Part shown: positions 9,580 through 18,786 of the stretch, in pieces
Layout of the letters: every line of letters begins with the position of its first letter
Position numbering within the stretch: position 1 is the stretch's first letter
Origin: a virus
Taxonomy: Duplodnaviria; Caudoviricetes
Reading direction: 5' to 3' (one strand)
Virus record (IMG/VR): IMGVR_UViG_3300031965_000715
Span: 1-54,819 of that record
Length of the DNA stretch: 54,819 bases
Made by a program: the position numbers and the translations under genes
Notes under the pieces: generated by a model
What the model was told of the DNA's origin: nothing
Databases searched by the model: none
What the model saw: only the letters and a program-made list of their open reading frames with translations

Positions 9580-9994
9580 TGTAAGCTCCTAATGCCTTAG
9601 CTATTTCACGAAAATCATCTGACCATAAGTCTACTATAAAACGCATTAGGCCAATTTGCTCATCTTTAGAAATGAGACCGTAAATAGGTATACCTCTTGA
9701 CCAAGCAGCCCCTACTTCAGCCCAAGCATCACATCCACTTGGACCAATATAAATAACAGCATCAGATTCAGTAGCACCTTTCGTATCAAATTTAAAAGAG
9801 TGCTGTGCATGTTCGGACTTTATCCACTCTTCAAAATTAACACAGGCATCAGGTTTGTAACTCTCACCAAAAGAGTTTTCAACAAATGACTTAACTTCAT
9901 GGCCTTGAGCACGAAGTATATCTGTCAACATTTCAACAGCATGTTGATTTTTCCAGGAGGAAGCAATATAGATTTGCATAGCTAACTTATCCAT
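9557..9994 (-). CDS. Nucleoside 2-deoxyribosyltransferase-like protein
   Basis: IYIASSW, SDAVI, AWAEVGAA..GIP match the NDT/RCL fold. Confidence 0.7.
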   Translation of the reverse strand: MDKLAMQIYIASSWKNQHAVEMLTDILRAQGHEVKSFVENSFGESYKPDACVNFEEWIKSEHAQHSFKFDTKGATESDAVIYIGPSGCDAWAEVGAAWSRGIPIYGLISKDEQIGLMRFIVDLWSDDFREIAKALGAYNALRELA

Positions 9995-10857
9995 ATAAGA
10001 GTATCGGCTGTAAAACCAGCAGCATTTTTATGCCCACCACCACCAAAGGCTTTAGCTATCTTGCTAACATCAAAGTCACCTCGTGAGCGTAGTGAGTAGA
10101 CAAATTTGCCTTCCTTACTCATGAACCACATTACAGCAAAGCAATGCCCATCAAGACAGAGAGCATCACCTACTTCACTCTGATTTGTTGGGCAATTTAC
10201 TATTGCTGCTGGCCAAGTTAGCCCTTCAGGATTAATAGGGAAAGGCACAACAACAGCACTATTGGCTGCATTTTCAATTTGTCGCTGTTGAAAGTTTAAA
10301 ATAGACTCGCCTCTAAAGACTAAAACCATAAATTCTGTCTGTAAGACTTCTTCAAGTCCATTCCAAATATTAAATTCCAAAGGAAGAGACCTCAGATATG
10401 CACTGATGGCTTTAGAAAATGGCAATTTGAATTCCCATAAATCTCTATCTTGTACATATGCGGCAAGTAATGGTTTCTTATATGAGGGCAAGTGCCCAGT
10501 GCCCAGTGTACAGTTAGCACTAATAGCAATAAAGTAGTCATAAGCTAGGGTTGCACCTGATCTATCCATATCAAAATAAATTTCAACATTGTCATTTACT
10601 TTGTCTGCAAGTTCTGCTGCAGCAGTTTTATGATGGTCTAAAACAACAACTTTCTTGACCATTGTAGATAGTTGATATAATTCAGGTTTCTTAAAACTAA
10701 AATCAACTAAATAAACAATGTCATCGGGTTGCAGGTCACTGGGCACTGGCCATCCATAATGCAATGGAATAAATTTACAGTCTTTAAGAAACTTCCAGAA
10801 GTACAAAGCAGCACAAAAACCATCACTACAACCAGCATGGTAAATTACTACGTTCAT
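9982..10857 (-). CDS. DHH/DHHA1 family phosphoesterase
   Basis: YH..C.DG, VDFS, LDHH, DRDLW, SLRS, GGGGHKNAAGF. Confidence 0.93.
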   Translation of the reverse strand: MNVVIYHAGCSDGFCAALYFWKFLKDCKFIPLHYGWPVPSDLQPDDIVYLVDFSFKKPELYQLSTMVKKVVVLDHHKTAAAELADKVNDNVEIYFDMDRSGATLAYDYFIAISANCTLGTGHLPSYKKPLLAAYVQDRDLWEFKLPFSKAISAYLRSLPLEFNIWNGLEEVLQTEFMVLVFRGESILNFQQRQIENAANSAVVVPFPINPEGLTWPAAIVNCPTNQSEVGDALCLDGHCFAVMWFMSKEGKFVYSLRSRGDFDVSKIAKAFGGGGHKNAAGFTADTLIWIS

Positions 10858-11192
10858 TTCATTACTCCAAGAAACATGTGCCAGTTAGGTGGTCCAAAAA
10901 TAAGATTGTACTGAGTTTCTGTTGCTGCTGTAAGTATCCAGATACCTACACCCTTTGCAGAAAACTCAGGAAATACGTCCATTTGTGCAGGTGTAAAACT
11001 ATAGTGATTAGCAATTTTAACTTCAATCCAGCGTGTTCCATACCTAGTATGACAAGCATAGAAATCTGGAAACCCTGACTGGTATATGTTTCCATGAGTA
11101 TTTCTCACATACCAGTCATGTAATTTAAAGATATTCATTATCTTTTCTTGTAATATGGATTCAGGCTTTTTTTGCTTTTTCAACTTTACCAT
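10854..11192 (-). CDS. VRR-NUC domain nuclease
   Basis: ESILQ, GFPD, WIEVK, TPAQ. Confidence 0.85.
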   Translation of the reverse strand: MVKLKKQKKPESILQEKIMNIFKLHDWYVRNTHGNIYQSGFPDFYACHTRYGTRWIEVKIANHYSFTPAQMDVFPEFSAKGVGIWILTAATETQYNLIFGPPNWHMFLGVMK

Positions 11193-11433
11193 CGCAAAAT
11201 GCTTTCGTTAAAATTAATAACTGAAGAGCGTCATTGATACATGCTGAATAAGCTACAGAACCCTCATTAAGATTACGAGCTTCCATAATCTTTTCCATGG
11301 CTTTTGTAGTCCAATACGACGGGTTGCCAACATCAAGAATTATTTTTTGAACTGATGTTGGTTTGTTTGGATTAAACAGAGCCCCGTTTGCTGCCTTCTT
11401 TAAGTCTCTGAACAACATTTTCAATCTCCTCAA
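11161..11433 (-). CDS. Hypothetical protein
   Basis: ORF in a tightly packed operon; start uncertain. Confidence 0.6.
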   Translation of the reverse strand: MRRLKMLFRDLKKAANGALFNPNKPTSVQKIILDVGNPSYWTTKAMEKIMEARNLNEGSVAYSACINDALQLLILTKAFCDGKVEKAKKA

Positions 11434-11761
11434 TAAGATAAATCTTGTTTAGTCTGTGGTAGTCAGGAATTCTGAGGTTACGACCTATGCCTCTTAACTT
11501 TGCCATATTCATCTTGTAGAATGGCGTTAGCTTATCTACCTCCTTTTTTATTAAAGACTTTAAAGTTAATTTGTCTTCACGCTCAATAGCTTCTTCAATT
11601 CTTTTTCTTGTTTCATTGTCAGCATTTATATATGCCAATTCAAAATTATCACCAGTAACTAACCTATCAATAGACATCATGTTTATGTACTTTGCGTGAA
11701 AACTTTTCCTTAGAGTTTTCAAGCCTGTCACTATCGTTCTCCCACAAATCAAAAACTTCAC
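11372..11761 (-). CDS. Hypothetical protein with Rho-N/HeH-like C-terminus
   Basis: MNMAKLRGIGRNLRIPDYHRLNKIYLIEEI resembles the Rho N-terminal helical motif; start probably near 11680. Confidence 0.55.
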   Translation of the reverse strand: MKFLICGRTIVTGLKTLRKSFHAKYINMMSIDRLVTGDNFELAYINADNETRKRIEEAIEREDKLTLKSLIKKEVDKLTPFYKMNMAKLRGIGRNLRIPDYHRLNKIYLIEEIENVVQRLKEGSKRGSV

Positions 11762-11861
11762 TTAAAAACTTTAAAGCTTTACTATGTAGGGAGCACTCTT
11801 CAGCGGTTTTTGGGTTACGAAAATTAACTACTAAATTTAAAGCTAATTCAAAAATATTCAT
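11667..11861 (-). CDS. Hypothetical protein
   Basis: 64-aa ORF with AGGAG SD directly after the polymerase. Confidence 0.6.
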   Translation of the reverse strand: MNIFELALNLVVNFRNPKTAEECSLHSKALKFLSEVFDLWENDSDRLENSKEKFSRKVHKHDVY

Positions 11862-11872
11862 TTATTTTACTC

Positions 11873-14107
11873 CTACTTATCAGCCCAAGATTCCAGACCA
11901 ATTTTCCAATTCATTTGAATTAGTGGAACCTTTTGCTTAAAAGACTTTACAGTTTCATCCACAATAGCCTTTACATCCCCAGTTTTTTCCGGTATTGTCG
12001 GACACATAATTTCATCATGAATATTCATAGGTTGCACCATCCATTTACCTACGCCAGACGGTTGTATATCCCAAATTTTCCGTTGCACTTTTTTTGTTAT
12101 TTGGGCTCCCGAACTCTGTATTACATGATTACCCGCTGCTCTTGTGCACGATGCTTGTAGTGCAAATGCCGCTGCATACAGTGCCGAGAGCGTAGCCCCT
12201 GAAGTTGTTTGTTCTCGATCTCGTCGTTGTACTTTTTGTTTGTATTTTTTCCAATGCTTAGGCGGTCTTCTTGCTAAATTGAATAAAATTTTACAAATTT
12301 GATTTTCAAGTGTAAAGTATCTTCTGAAACCAAACATTGATTCCATGTATTCTTCTGGATCGTGCCATTCAACAACTGTACCAATACCACCAGGTTGCTT
12401 CATTGAGCAAAACATGTCAATAATTTTCTTTCGCCCCTTACCAATGCCTGAATATTCACTTATAAAACTTTGGTATGCTTTTTCGGCATCCGCCATAGAG
12501 ACACCTAGTCTTGTCTTCAAAGTAAAAGCATTTCCAAAATATATAAGAGCAAAAACAGCAGACTTTGATCGAGTATATTTTTCTTTATCTTTTAAAATTT
12601 CTTCATAACTCATGTTTGGATATACGTGTATACCGAATAAGGCATGTACTTTCTTTCCAGATTTAACAGCATCTGCTAGTTTTTCATCCCCGTAAAAAGC
12701 AATTGCAAGTACAACCTCAAAAGCATCAAAATCTCCACCGCACAATACTAACTCTTCAGTAGCAAGAGGAAATTTCTCTCTAATTTCTGGTGACCTTTTA
12801 ATACCTTGTGGGTTAAGATCATCTCCTCCAGACATACGACTAGACAAAGCACCAATAACTCTAAAGCTGGCGTGAAAACGGCCCGCAATAAGAAGTTTGT
12901 CATATAGATCACATTCCCACTTAGCCATTCTTGCGTCTAAAATTTCTTTTGCTCTTATAGCTGCAGGATGCGGTCCACCTTCATCATTAGTCCACAGAGA
13001 AACTTCTTCAAGTAAAACTTTCTTCGTGGATCTGTCCACAATTATTTTTTCTATATCATCCATTACTTCTGCCAAGTATACTTTTGCTGGTCCTGGTGCT
13101 TTTGGTGCAGAGACAGAAGTAATTTTAGCTTTTTCTCTTAATTCCTCAATTCCTTTTATATCAATTTTAAATCCCTTCCATCTTACAGCACCTACCATAC
13201 ATGCTAATTCGCTATCATCGTCACCTGGCTCTGGTGAATTCAGATGCTCCCATATTTTTCTTGTATAAATAACATCATCTTCAGCATACTTGCGAGCTAA
13301 CTTGTTATTATACCAGTGTCCAATATGCCTATAGATAACTGCCGGCCAACAGAAACCTTTTTTCCACCCTTGCCCTTTTTTAATTTTAGCAATCCAATGT
13401 TTATCAGCAGAGCTAAGTGCCTTAGCAAAGGGGGCATAACCTATTTCAATAGGCCAGAAGTTTCTTTCAACTTCAATGTCACCATACCTAAGAACTTCAT
13501 GCTCAGGTATGCCAAGTGCATGTATGGCTAAATTTTTAAGTGCCGCTGAAGCTTTGAACCTTAATACAATATTTTTAAAATCAACTGTACCTTCTATATC
13601 ATCAACTTGCCATTTGGGAGCATACTTATCTTTACGACGAGCGAAGTAAATATCATCCAGCTTTACAGTATCTTCAAGAGTTTGACAAACATCATCCGCA
13701 ATCTGTGAAGGTACTCTTTTAATAGTAATATTCCGTCTGTCCATAGTAGACTGGTATTTACCTTTACGAGCGTGTAACATTACATCACATGCTTTTCTTG
13801 GCTTAAGACAAGGGCCATCCCTACCAAGTGGCTCAAGCTCAGCTATCTCATTAATAATGTCTTCAGGATATGCGTGACAATCTGATACAAGAGAAAAGAT
13901 AGTATATAATTTACAGAGATGAAAGTGGTCAAATGCTAAATTGAAGCCACAAACATCATTATTCATAAATTCTTCTATTAATTTTAACGTGACAATAATC
14001 TGTTTCTCCCAAACATTGTGTAGATACACTGGTCCATCGTCATACGCATACTGTATTAGTACGCACATTCCATGCAAACCACAAGTTTCAGTATCATAAA
14101 ATATCAT
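11873..14107 (-). CDS. polA: Family A DNA polymerase with N-terminal 3'-5' exonuclease
   Basis: ExoI DTET, ExoII FNLAFD, ExoIII YAEDD; motif A DFDAFE, motif B KSAVFALIYFG, NHVIQSSGA, motif C IHDE. Confidence 0.92.
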   Translation of the reverse strand: MIFYDTETCGLHGMCVLIQYAYDDGPVYLHNVWEKQIIVTLKLIEEFMNNDVCGFNLAFDHFHLCKLYTIFSLVSDCHAYPEDIINEIAELEPLGRDGPCLKPRKACDVMLHARKGKYQSTMDRRNITIKRVPSQIADDVCQTLEDTVKLDDIYFARRKDKYAPKWQVDDIEGTVDFKNIVLRFKASAALKNLAIHALGIPEHEVLRYGDIEVERNFWPIEIGYAPFAKALSSADKHWIAKIKKGQGWKKGFCWPAVIYRHIGHWYNNKLARKYAEDDVIYTRKIWEHLNSPEPGDDDSELACMVGAVRWKGFKIDIKGIEELREKAKITSVSAPKAPGPAKVYLAEVMDDIEKIIVDRSTKKVLLEEVSLWTNDEGGPHPAAIRAKEILDARMAKWECDLYDKLLIAGRFHASFRVIGALSSRMSGGDDLNPQGIKRSPEIREKFPLATEELVLCGGDFDAFEVVLAIAFYGDEKLADAVKSGKKVHALFGIHVYPNMSYEEILKDKEKYTRSKSAVFALIYFGNAFTLKTRLGVSMADAEKAYQSFISEYSGIGKGRKKIIDMFCSMKQPGGIGTVVEWHDPEEYMESMFGFRRYFTLENQICKILFNLARRPPKHWKKYKQKVQRRDREQTTSGATLSALYAAAFALQASCTRAAGNHVIQSSGAQITKKVQRKIWDIQPSGVGKWMVQPMNIHDEIMCPTIPEKTGDVKAIVDETVKSFKQKVPLIQMNWKIGLESWADK

Positions 14108-14348
14108 CTGTCCGTCCCTTTGTATCTATAACTAATGTAGTCATACTATTTGATTTGATATATTCACATACGATAGAAGCAGCATCCTTTTTATCTATTC
14201 CATATGTCTCTGTTAAATTTTTATACATTCTACCCCAAAGTTGCGAAAGGAAATCAGCAGCTATTGCGGAGTCTTGGTCAGATTTAGGTTGATTAATCAT
14301 TGAACCATTAACCCTTTTGAATAGGATCAAGGTGATAAGGTATCTCAT
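14094..14348 (-). CDS. Hypothetical protein
   Basis: Fills the gap between the ParB-like gene and the polymerase; likely start MINQ. Confidence 0.55.
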   Translation of the reverse strand: MRYLITLILFKRVNGSMINQPKSDQDSAIAADFLSQLWGRMYKNLTETYGIDKKDAASIVCEYIKSNSMTTLVIDTKGRTDDIL

Positions 14349-15156
14349 AAATGATATCAGATCTACGTGCGATATTTCTAATATCCCTAAATAAATCGAG
14401 ATCGGTTATCTCACCTGCTGCCCAAGCCAAGCAGCGTGTCCCGAAATTGTTACCAATAGATTCACGAATATGTGTTTGCATCCAAAGAATATCATCTGCT
14501 TTACGCTCTTTGGCTTTAAACATACTACGCTTTGGCTTAATAATGGATGGTATCTTCTCACCACTTTGCTTAGCCTTTTTAATTTTCTTTGCAGCTTCAA
14601 TTTGTTTACGAACATCATCAAGTTTATGTAAATCTCTGATTTGGTTCTGATTGATATAGCCTGCGGCTGCAGCTTCTCTAATAGGTTCAGGTAATTCGAG
14701 AAGCTGAAACCTAATCTTAACCCAAGTAGCTGATTTATTGATCTGTTCGCAGACTTCAGTAACTGAAAAGCCAGATAATTTCAATCTCTCAAGTGCTTTA
14801 GCCTCCTGCATAACATTTAAATCTTTGCGATGAAGATTTTCACCAAGATTTAAAATTAAAGCGTCAGCATCACTTATTTCATCATTAATAACGCAGGGAA
14901 TTTCTTCACGCTGTAGCACAACAAATGCTGTGTACCTACGATGCCCACTAATTACTTTCCACTTGTGATTTGGCTTATGTTTCTCATTTTCTTTAAGAGG
15001 CTTAACAACAATAGGTTGCTGTAGCCCGTGTTTATCAATATCTTTTGAAAGTTCCACAACTGAAATTGGAGAAATGTGTCCTCGACAATTAAAGTTAGGA
15101 TCAGCGTAAATCTCGTCCATTCTAGTTAAAGTTATTTTACTAGCATCAACTGTCAT
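14308..15156 (-). CDS. ParB/Spo0J-like protein (ParB N-domain plus HTH)
   Basis: GLQQPIVV, VISGHRRY (GxRR), ENLHRKDLNVMQEAKAL, HTH VCEQINKSATWV. Confidence 0.9.
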   Translation of the reverse strand: MTVDASKITLTRMDEIYADPNFNCRGHISPISVVELSKDIDKHGLQQPIVVKPLKENEKHKPNHKWKVISGHRRYTAFVVLQREEIPCVINDEISDADALILNLGENLHRKDLNVMQEAKALERLKLSGFSVTEVCEQINKSATWVKIRFQLLELPEPIREAAAAGYINQNQIRDLHKLDDVRKQIEAAKKIKKAKQSGEKIPSIIKPKRSMFKAKERKADDILWMQTHIRESIGNNFGTRCLAWAAGEITDLDLFRDIRNIARRSDIIYEIPYHLDPIQKG

Positions 15157-17050
15157 CTTCTGACTCCTTAAAAGCTTCTCTTAATTCGCCCATAGTAAAA
15201 TTCATTAAGTCACGCTTCTTTTTTAAGTTTGTTAAAATTACTTTATCGACGTTGAGATGGACAATATCTATAATTGTAGCTCCTCTATTACAGTCCATGC
15301 CTGGGCCATAAATACGCTCAATAGCTTGCATTCTATCTTCACTATTGAAACTGTTTGAGTAAAAAAATGCACTTGGAGAAGCTGCCAGATCTATACCCAT
15401 ACCAGCAGCACCTGGTTGTCCAACAAAACAAATTTTCTCAGCGTCTTTTGATGCGAATTTTTTTAGCATATCTTTATTAGATAATGCTAAGCACTTATTA
15501 GTTTTACTACAGTAATAAGCCCAGCCTCTACCATCTGCACGAATTACATCCCATTGGTAGCGTAGTGCTATAGAAACACACTTATCTACACTAGCTTGAA
15601 AACCAGCGTAGACAACAAATCTACCAATAGGGTCATGTTCATCAAGCAAATCAATAAATGCATCCTCCTTAGGGCTTTTTACTTGTTTAGCAACTCTAAT
15701 GATTTTTTTAGCTCTTCCACTTCCGTTACAAGTTGGGCAAACTTCTTTTTGAGCACTATAACTTCTTGGGATTGAAATGTCATCTGATCCATCAGAAACC
15801 TCGTTACTTTTAAAAACCCACTCTGTTGACTTCCCTGTGCCTTTACATCTTTTGCATTCTTCATCCCCATTTTCTTCTTCCGCGTACTGGAATCCATCAG
15901 ATAGCTCCCTTAATAGCATTAAAGCTGTTACTGCTTTCGGTGTAATTTTAGAAATTAATTCAGCCGCACGTAACATTGAGCTAGTAGGCTCAACACGAAT
16001 TAGTCTATACTGAAGCTCAGGTAGGTCTAAGCAATCTTTTTTAAATTTAACAAGAACAAGTCCCTTCATTCTATTATAAAGATTATATACTTCATTTACA
16101 GAAGGCTTATAAGGGTGCCCTTCTTCCTCAAGTGTGGTACCAAAAATATGATCTTCGGAGTATCTGCCACAAATAGCACACTTTTTTTCATCATCAAGCC
16201 AAGTGACCAGTTCTGGGTATACACCACCGTCAATACTTTCTCTCTTGGCTATTATAGCTAATCGCTCTTTAAATTTTTCATACTTCCCTTCACGCAGAAA
16301 ACCGGGGCAAGCTATTTCACACTGATTATACCAGTCTGCTGGGCTCTTAGGTGCAGGTGCCCCAGACATTTCTATAATATAACAATCCTCCCCATGCGTT
16401 TCTAGCATTTCATTACAAATTAATGCGGTTGCTTGTGAGCGTTGCGAAGTAGGAGTTTTAACTTTAGTAGATTCGTCTAAGATGATGCCTTTAGGCAACC
16501 ACATTGTGTCTTCTTGTACTCGCCTACGAAACCTATCATAGGTCATAAATTCAGGAAATATGCGGGCTCCCCACTTTTCAAACTCAAGTTGAACGGCTGC
16601 GATAGCAGACTTTGGACCTAACCATAACCAAGGTTCCACACCTGAGTGCTCAATTATTTCTATTGCAGCAAGAGTTTTACCTGTACGCATTTCACATGCA
16701 AGTATACATCTTTTACGTGTTATTCCATGTCTAATCATCTCTTTCTGATGTTCATATAAAGTCTCTCTATTAAAACTAATATCAGCAAGAGGCTTGTCAT
16801 AGTGCTCATATGGGTTCTTACCCATAAGATATGCTAACTGAAATCTGTTTCTATGACAGTTTTCAATTGACCACTCTTTCTTAGGGTTTTTAGTATCGTA
16901 CCCATGCCACGTTGCACCTTTCATAACTTTAATTTCTTCAAGCAAGGTGCGGTTAAATGGGAAGTTAAGAAATAGTCTGTTCCTATCATGACGAACCATG
17001 ACTGGTACTTTAAACTTTCCGGCTCTTAATTTAATGATTTGGTAGTTCAT
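15146..17050 (-). CDS. SNF2-like SF2 helicase with zinc-finger insertions
   Basis: LYEHQ, EMRTGKT, ILDES, MSGAP, GMGIDL, DRMQAIERI; inserted CKRCKGTG and CPTCNGSG. Confidence 0.88.
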   Translation of the reverse strand: MNYQIIKLRAGKFKVPVMVRHDRNRLFLNFPFNRTLLEEIKVMKGATWHGYDTKNPKKEWSIENCHRNRFQLAYLMGKNPYEHYDKPLADISFNRETLYEHQKEMIRHGITRKRCILACEMRTGKTLAAIEIIEHSGVEPWLWLGPKSAIAAVQLEFEKWGARIFPEFMTYDRFRRRVQEDTMWLPKGIILDESTKVKTPTSQRSQATALICNEMLETHGEDCYIIEMSGAPAPKSPADWYNQCEIACPGFLREGKYEKFKERLAIIAKRESIDGGVYPELVTWLDDEKKCAICGRYSEDHIFGTTLEEEGHPYKPSVNEVYNLYNRMKGLVLVKFKKDCLDLPELQYRLIRVEPTSSMLRAAELISKITPKAVTALMLLRELSDGFQYAEEENGDEECKRCKGTGKSTEWVFKSNEVSDGSDDISIPRSYSAQKEVCPTCNGSGRAKKIIRVAKQVKSPKEDAFIDLLDEHDPIGRFVVYAGFQASVDKCVSIALRYQWDVIRADGRGWAYYCSKTNKCLALSNKDMLKKFASKDAEKICFVGQPGAAGMGIDLAASPSAFFYSNSFNSEDRMQAIERIYGPGMDCNRGATIIDIVHLNVDKVILTNLKKKRDLMNFTMGELREAFKESEDDS

Positions 17051-17586
17051 TTTCTCTCTAATAGAAATGTTTTATCTAATAGTGATTTTTTTCTGTATTC
17101 GTAAAAGAGTTCTCCGAGCCCTTCTTGCTCTAGTAAAATTAATAACTTATCAAAAAGTACACGATAGTTCTTTTCATAAGTTACTACACTACTTAGGTAC
17201 AAAATAATATAATACCACCAATCAAACAAAGGTCCAGTGCCCAGTACACAGTATTTATTGTTCTCCACTTTATTGATACACCACACAATATTTACCATAT
17301 CACGTAATGTATCAAGTGTTTCTTTGTCACACGCTACAAGAAAACTATATTGCAAAAAAGCTAATATGTCACGTGGCATAGTGCGTAATATTTGAAGTGG
17401 ATCTTTAATAATAAAGTCATATTTGAGATATGCTGCAAATATTAAGTATTCTGCTGCTGGAGAAAAGGTCACTGGGCACTGGGCTATAAGACTAGACGGA
17501 GTTAGGTTAGTCGCTACGAAAATATTTTTCCGTAGCGTGGACCAATCAACTTCTGTTTTTGATATTAAAATTACTTCAGGAGTCAT
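17047..17586 (-). CDS. Hypothetical protein, possibly a degenerate ThyX-fold protein
   Basis: Pattern resemblance only (see findings). Confidence 0.55.
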   Translation of the reverse strand: MTPEVILISKTEVDWSTLRKNIFVATNLTPSSLIAQCPVTFSPAAEYLIFAAYLKYDFIIKDPLQILRTMPRDILAFLQYSFLVACDKETLDTLRDMVNIVWCINKVENNKYCVLGTGPLFDWWYYIILYLSSVVTYEKNYRVLFDKLLILLEQEGLGELFYEYRKKSLLDKTFLLERK

Positions 17587-17807
17587 GGAAGCTCTTTAAT
17601 CTCGAAAAGTAAGTCAGTATCGAAGAAGCAATCTTTCATTTTTTCTAAACTATCTGCCCCAATTCCACTAATCCAATCCTCCATATCGATGTTGTCTATA
17701 ACTTTACTATGTAGTTTTAGAGCTTCATACCAAGTGTCAGCTTGGATAAACTCAAGAAACACTTCACTATGAAATAAATCAACTATTACTACAGCCCACT
17801 TATTCAT
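17583..17807 (-). CDS. Hypothetical protein
   Basis: 74-aa acidic ORF with ATGA-type overlaps. Confidence 0.65.
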   Translation of the reverse strand: MNKWAVVIVDLFHSEVFLEFIQADTWYEALKLHSKVIDNIDMEDWISGIGADSLEKMKDCFFDTDLLFEIKELP

Positions 17808-17923
17808 CTGTGTGATCCTTTCCCGTACTTATGCTGTAAGTTCTCTTTTCTAAGTCTTTTTCTAGACTTATTTTGTTTTCGTCCAGCTTGCCTATGTCCT
17901 TTTACCCGCCGTTTTCTCTTCAT
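17804..17923 (-). CDS. Small highly basic peptide (39 aa)
   Basis: Manual translation MKRKRRVKGHRQAGRKQNKSRKRLRKENLQHKYGKGSHR; its stop overlaps the next ATG. Confidence 0.5.
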   Translation of the reverse strand: MKRKRRVKGHRQAGRKQNKSRKRLRKENLQHKYGKGSHR

Positions 17924-17938
17924 ACATCACTATCTTAC

Positions 17939-17979
<41 letters not shown>

Positions 17980-17982
17980 GGG

Positions 17983-18012
17983 AACCGAAGTAGCCCTAGG
18001 GCTACTTCGGTT
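17983..18012 (-). terminator. Perfect 30-bp palindrome, probable intrinsic terminator
   Basis: AACCGAAGTAGCCCT/AGGGCTACTTCGGTT just after the stop at 18026, followed on the minus strand by CCCTTTATTATT. Confidence 0.75.
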
Positions 18013-18025
18013 AATCCCTTGGGTG

Positions 18026-18718
18026 TTAACGAGCACGATCGGAACTTTCACCATCATCAGCTAACTCTACTTTAGAACTAGCAGGGTTCATAAAGTCCCT
18101 ATTTTTAGAAAGCATGTCTTCAATTGATGGTATTTCAAAAGGTGTTGTGCATTCAAAAATCGTAATACCGTGCCAAGTAAACTTGGCTGTCTTAATAAGT
18201 TTGACTTTAGCAGTAGCAGCCTTACCTACAAGTGCTACCATATTGGGAGACTCACGTCTAAGTGTAGGATTTCCCATTAAAAATAGACCATATTTCTGGA
18301 CACTTGGAACATAAAGCAAAAACTCATAGCCGGCAAGGTAGCCTTGCTCTTTAGCTTTTGCTCTGTCCTTAGTGTCCTGAAATTCTGGTCTAGAGCAATC
18401 CCATTCTCTTTTTTCATTATTCCACACACCATAAAACGACACAGGTGTATCTCCTGTGACGATAGAGGCACGTGGACGCTTATTAATAACAAGGCAGTCA
18501 ACCTGCCCACCAAGATCAATAACATTTTCGGCGGTAACATACAGGCCCAAATGGCCCATAGGAAACTTGCCTTCTTTTACAATGGTAGACTCGCTACCAT
18601 ATACACGTATTTGAGGAAGATAGTCGCTGCTTTTTGTCAGTTCGTCATCAAGTGCAGAGTTTTGAGAAATTGCGATTCCAAGTTCTTCGAGTGGAATAAG
18701 TTGATTTTTGTCGTTCAT
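18026..18718 (-). CDS. Hypothetical protein, possible ssDNA-binding protein
   Basis: 230 aa, beta-rich with an acidic tail, located in the replication module; function inferred from context only. Confidence 0.5.
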   Translation of the reverse strand: MNDKNQLIPLEELGIAISQNSALDDELTKSSDYLPQIRVYGSESTIVKEGKFPMGHLGLYVTAENVIDLGGQVDCLVINKRPRASIVTGDTPVSFYGVWNNEKREWDCSRPEFQDTKDRAKAKEQGYLAGYEFLLYVPSVQKYGLFLMGNPTLRRESPNMVALVGKAATAKVKLIKTAKFTWHGITIFECTTPFEIPSIEDMLSKNRDFMNPASSKVELADDGESSDRAR

Positions 18719-18786
18719 TAGTTTTGTCCTTGTTTAAATTTAACAAAATAGAGGGCATCCGTGCCCAGGAGCCGAAAGCAAAGTAT

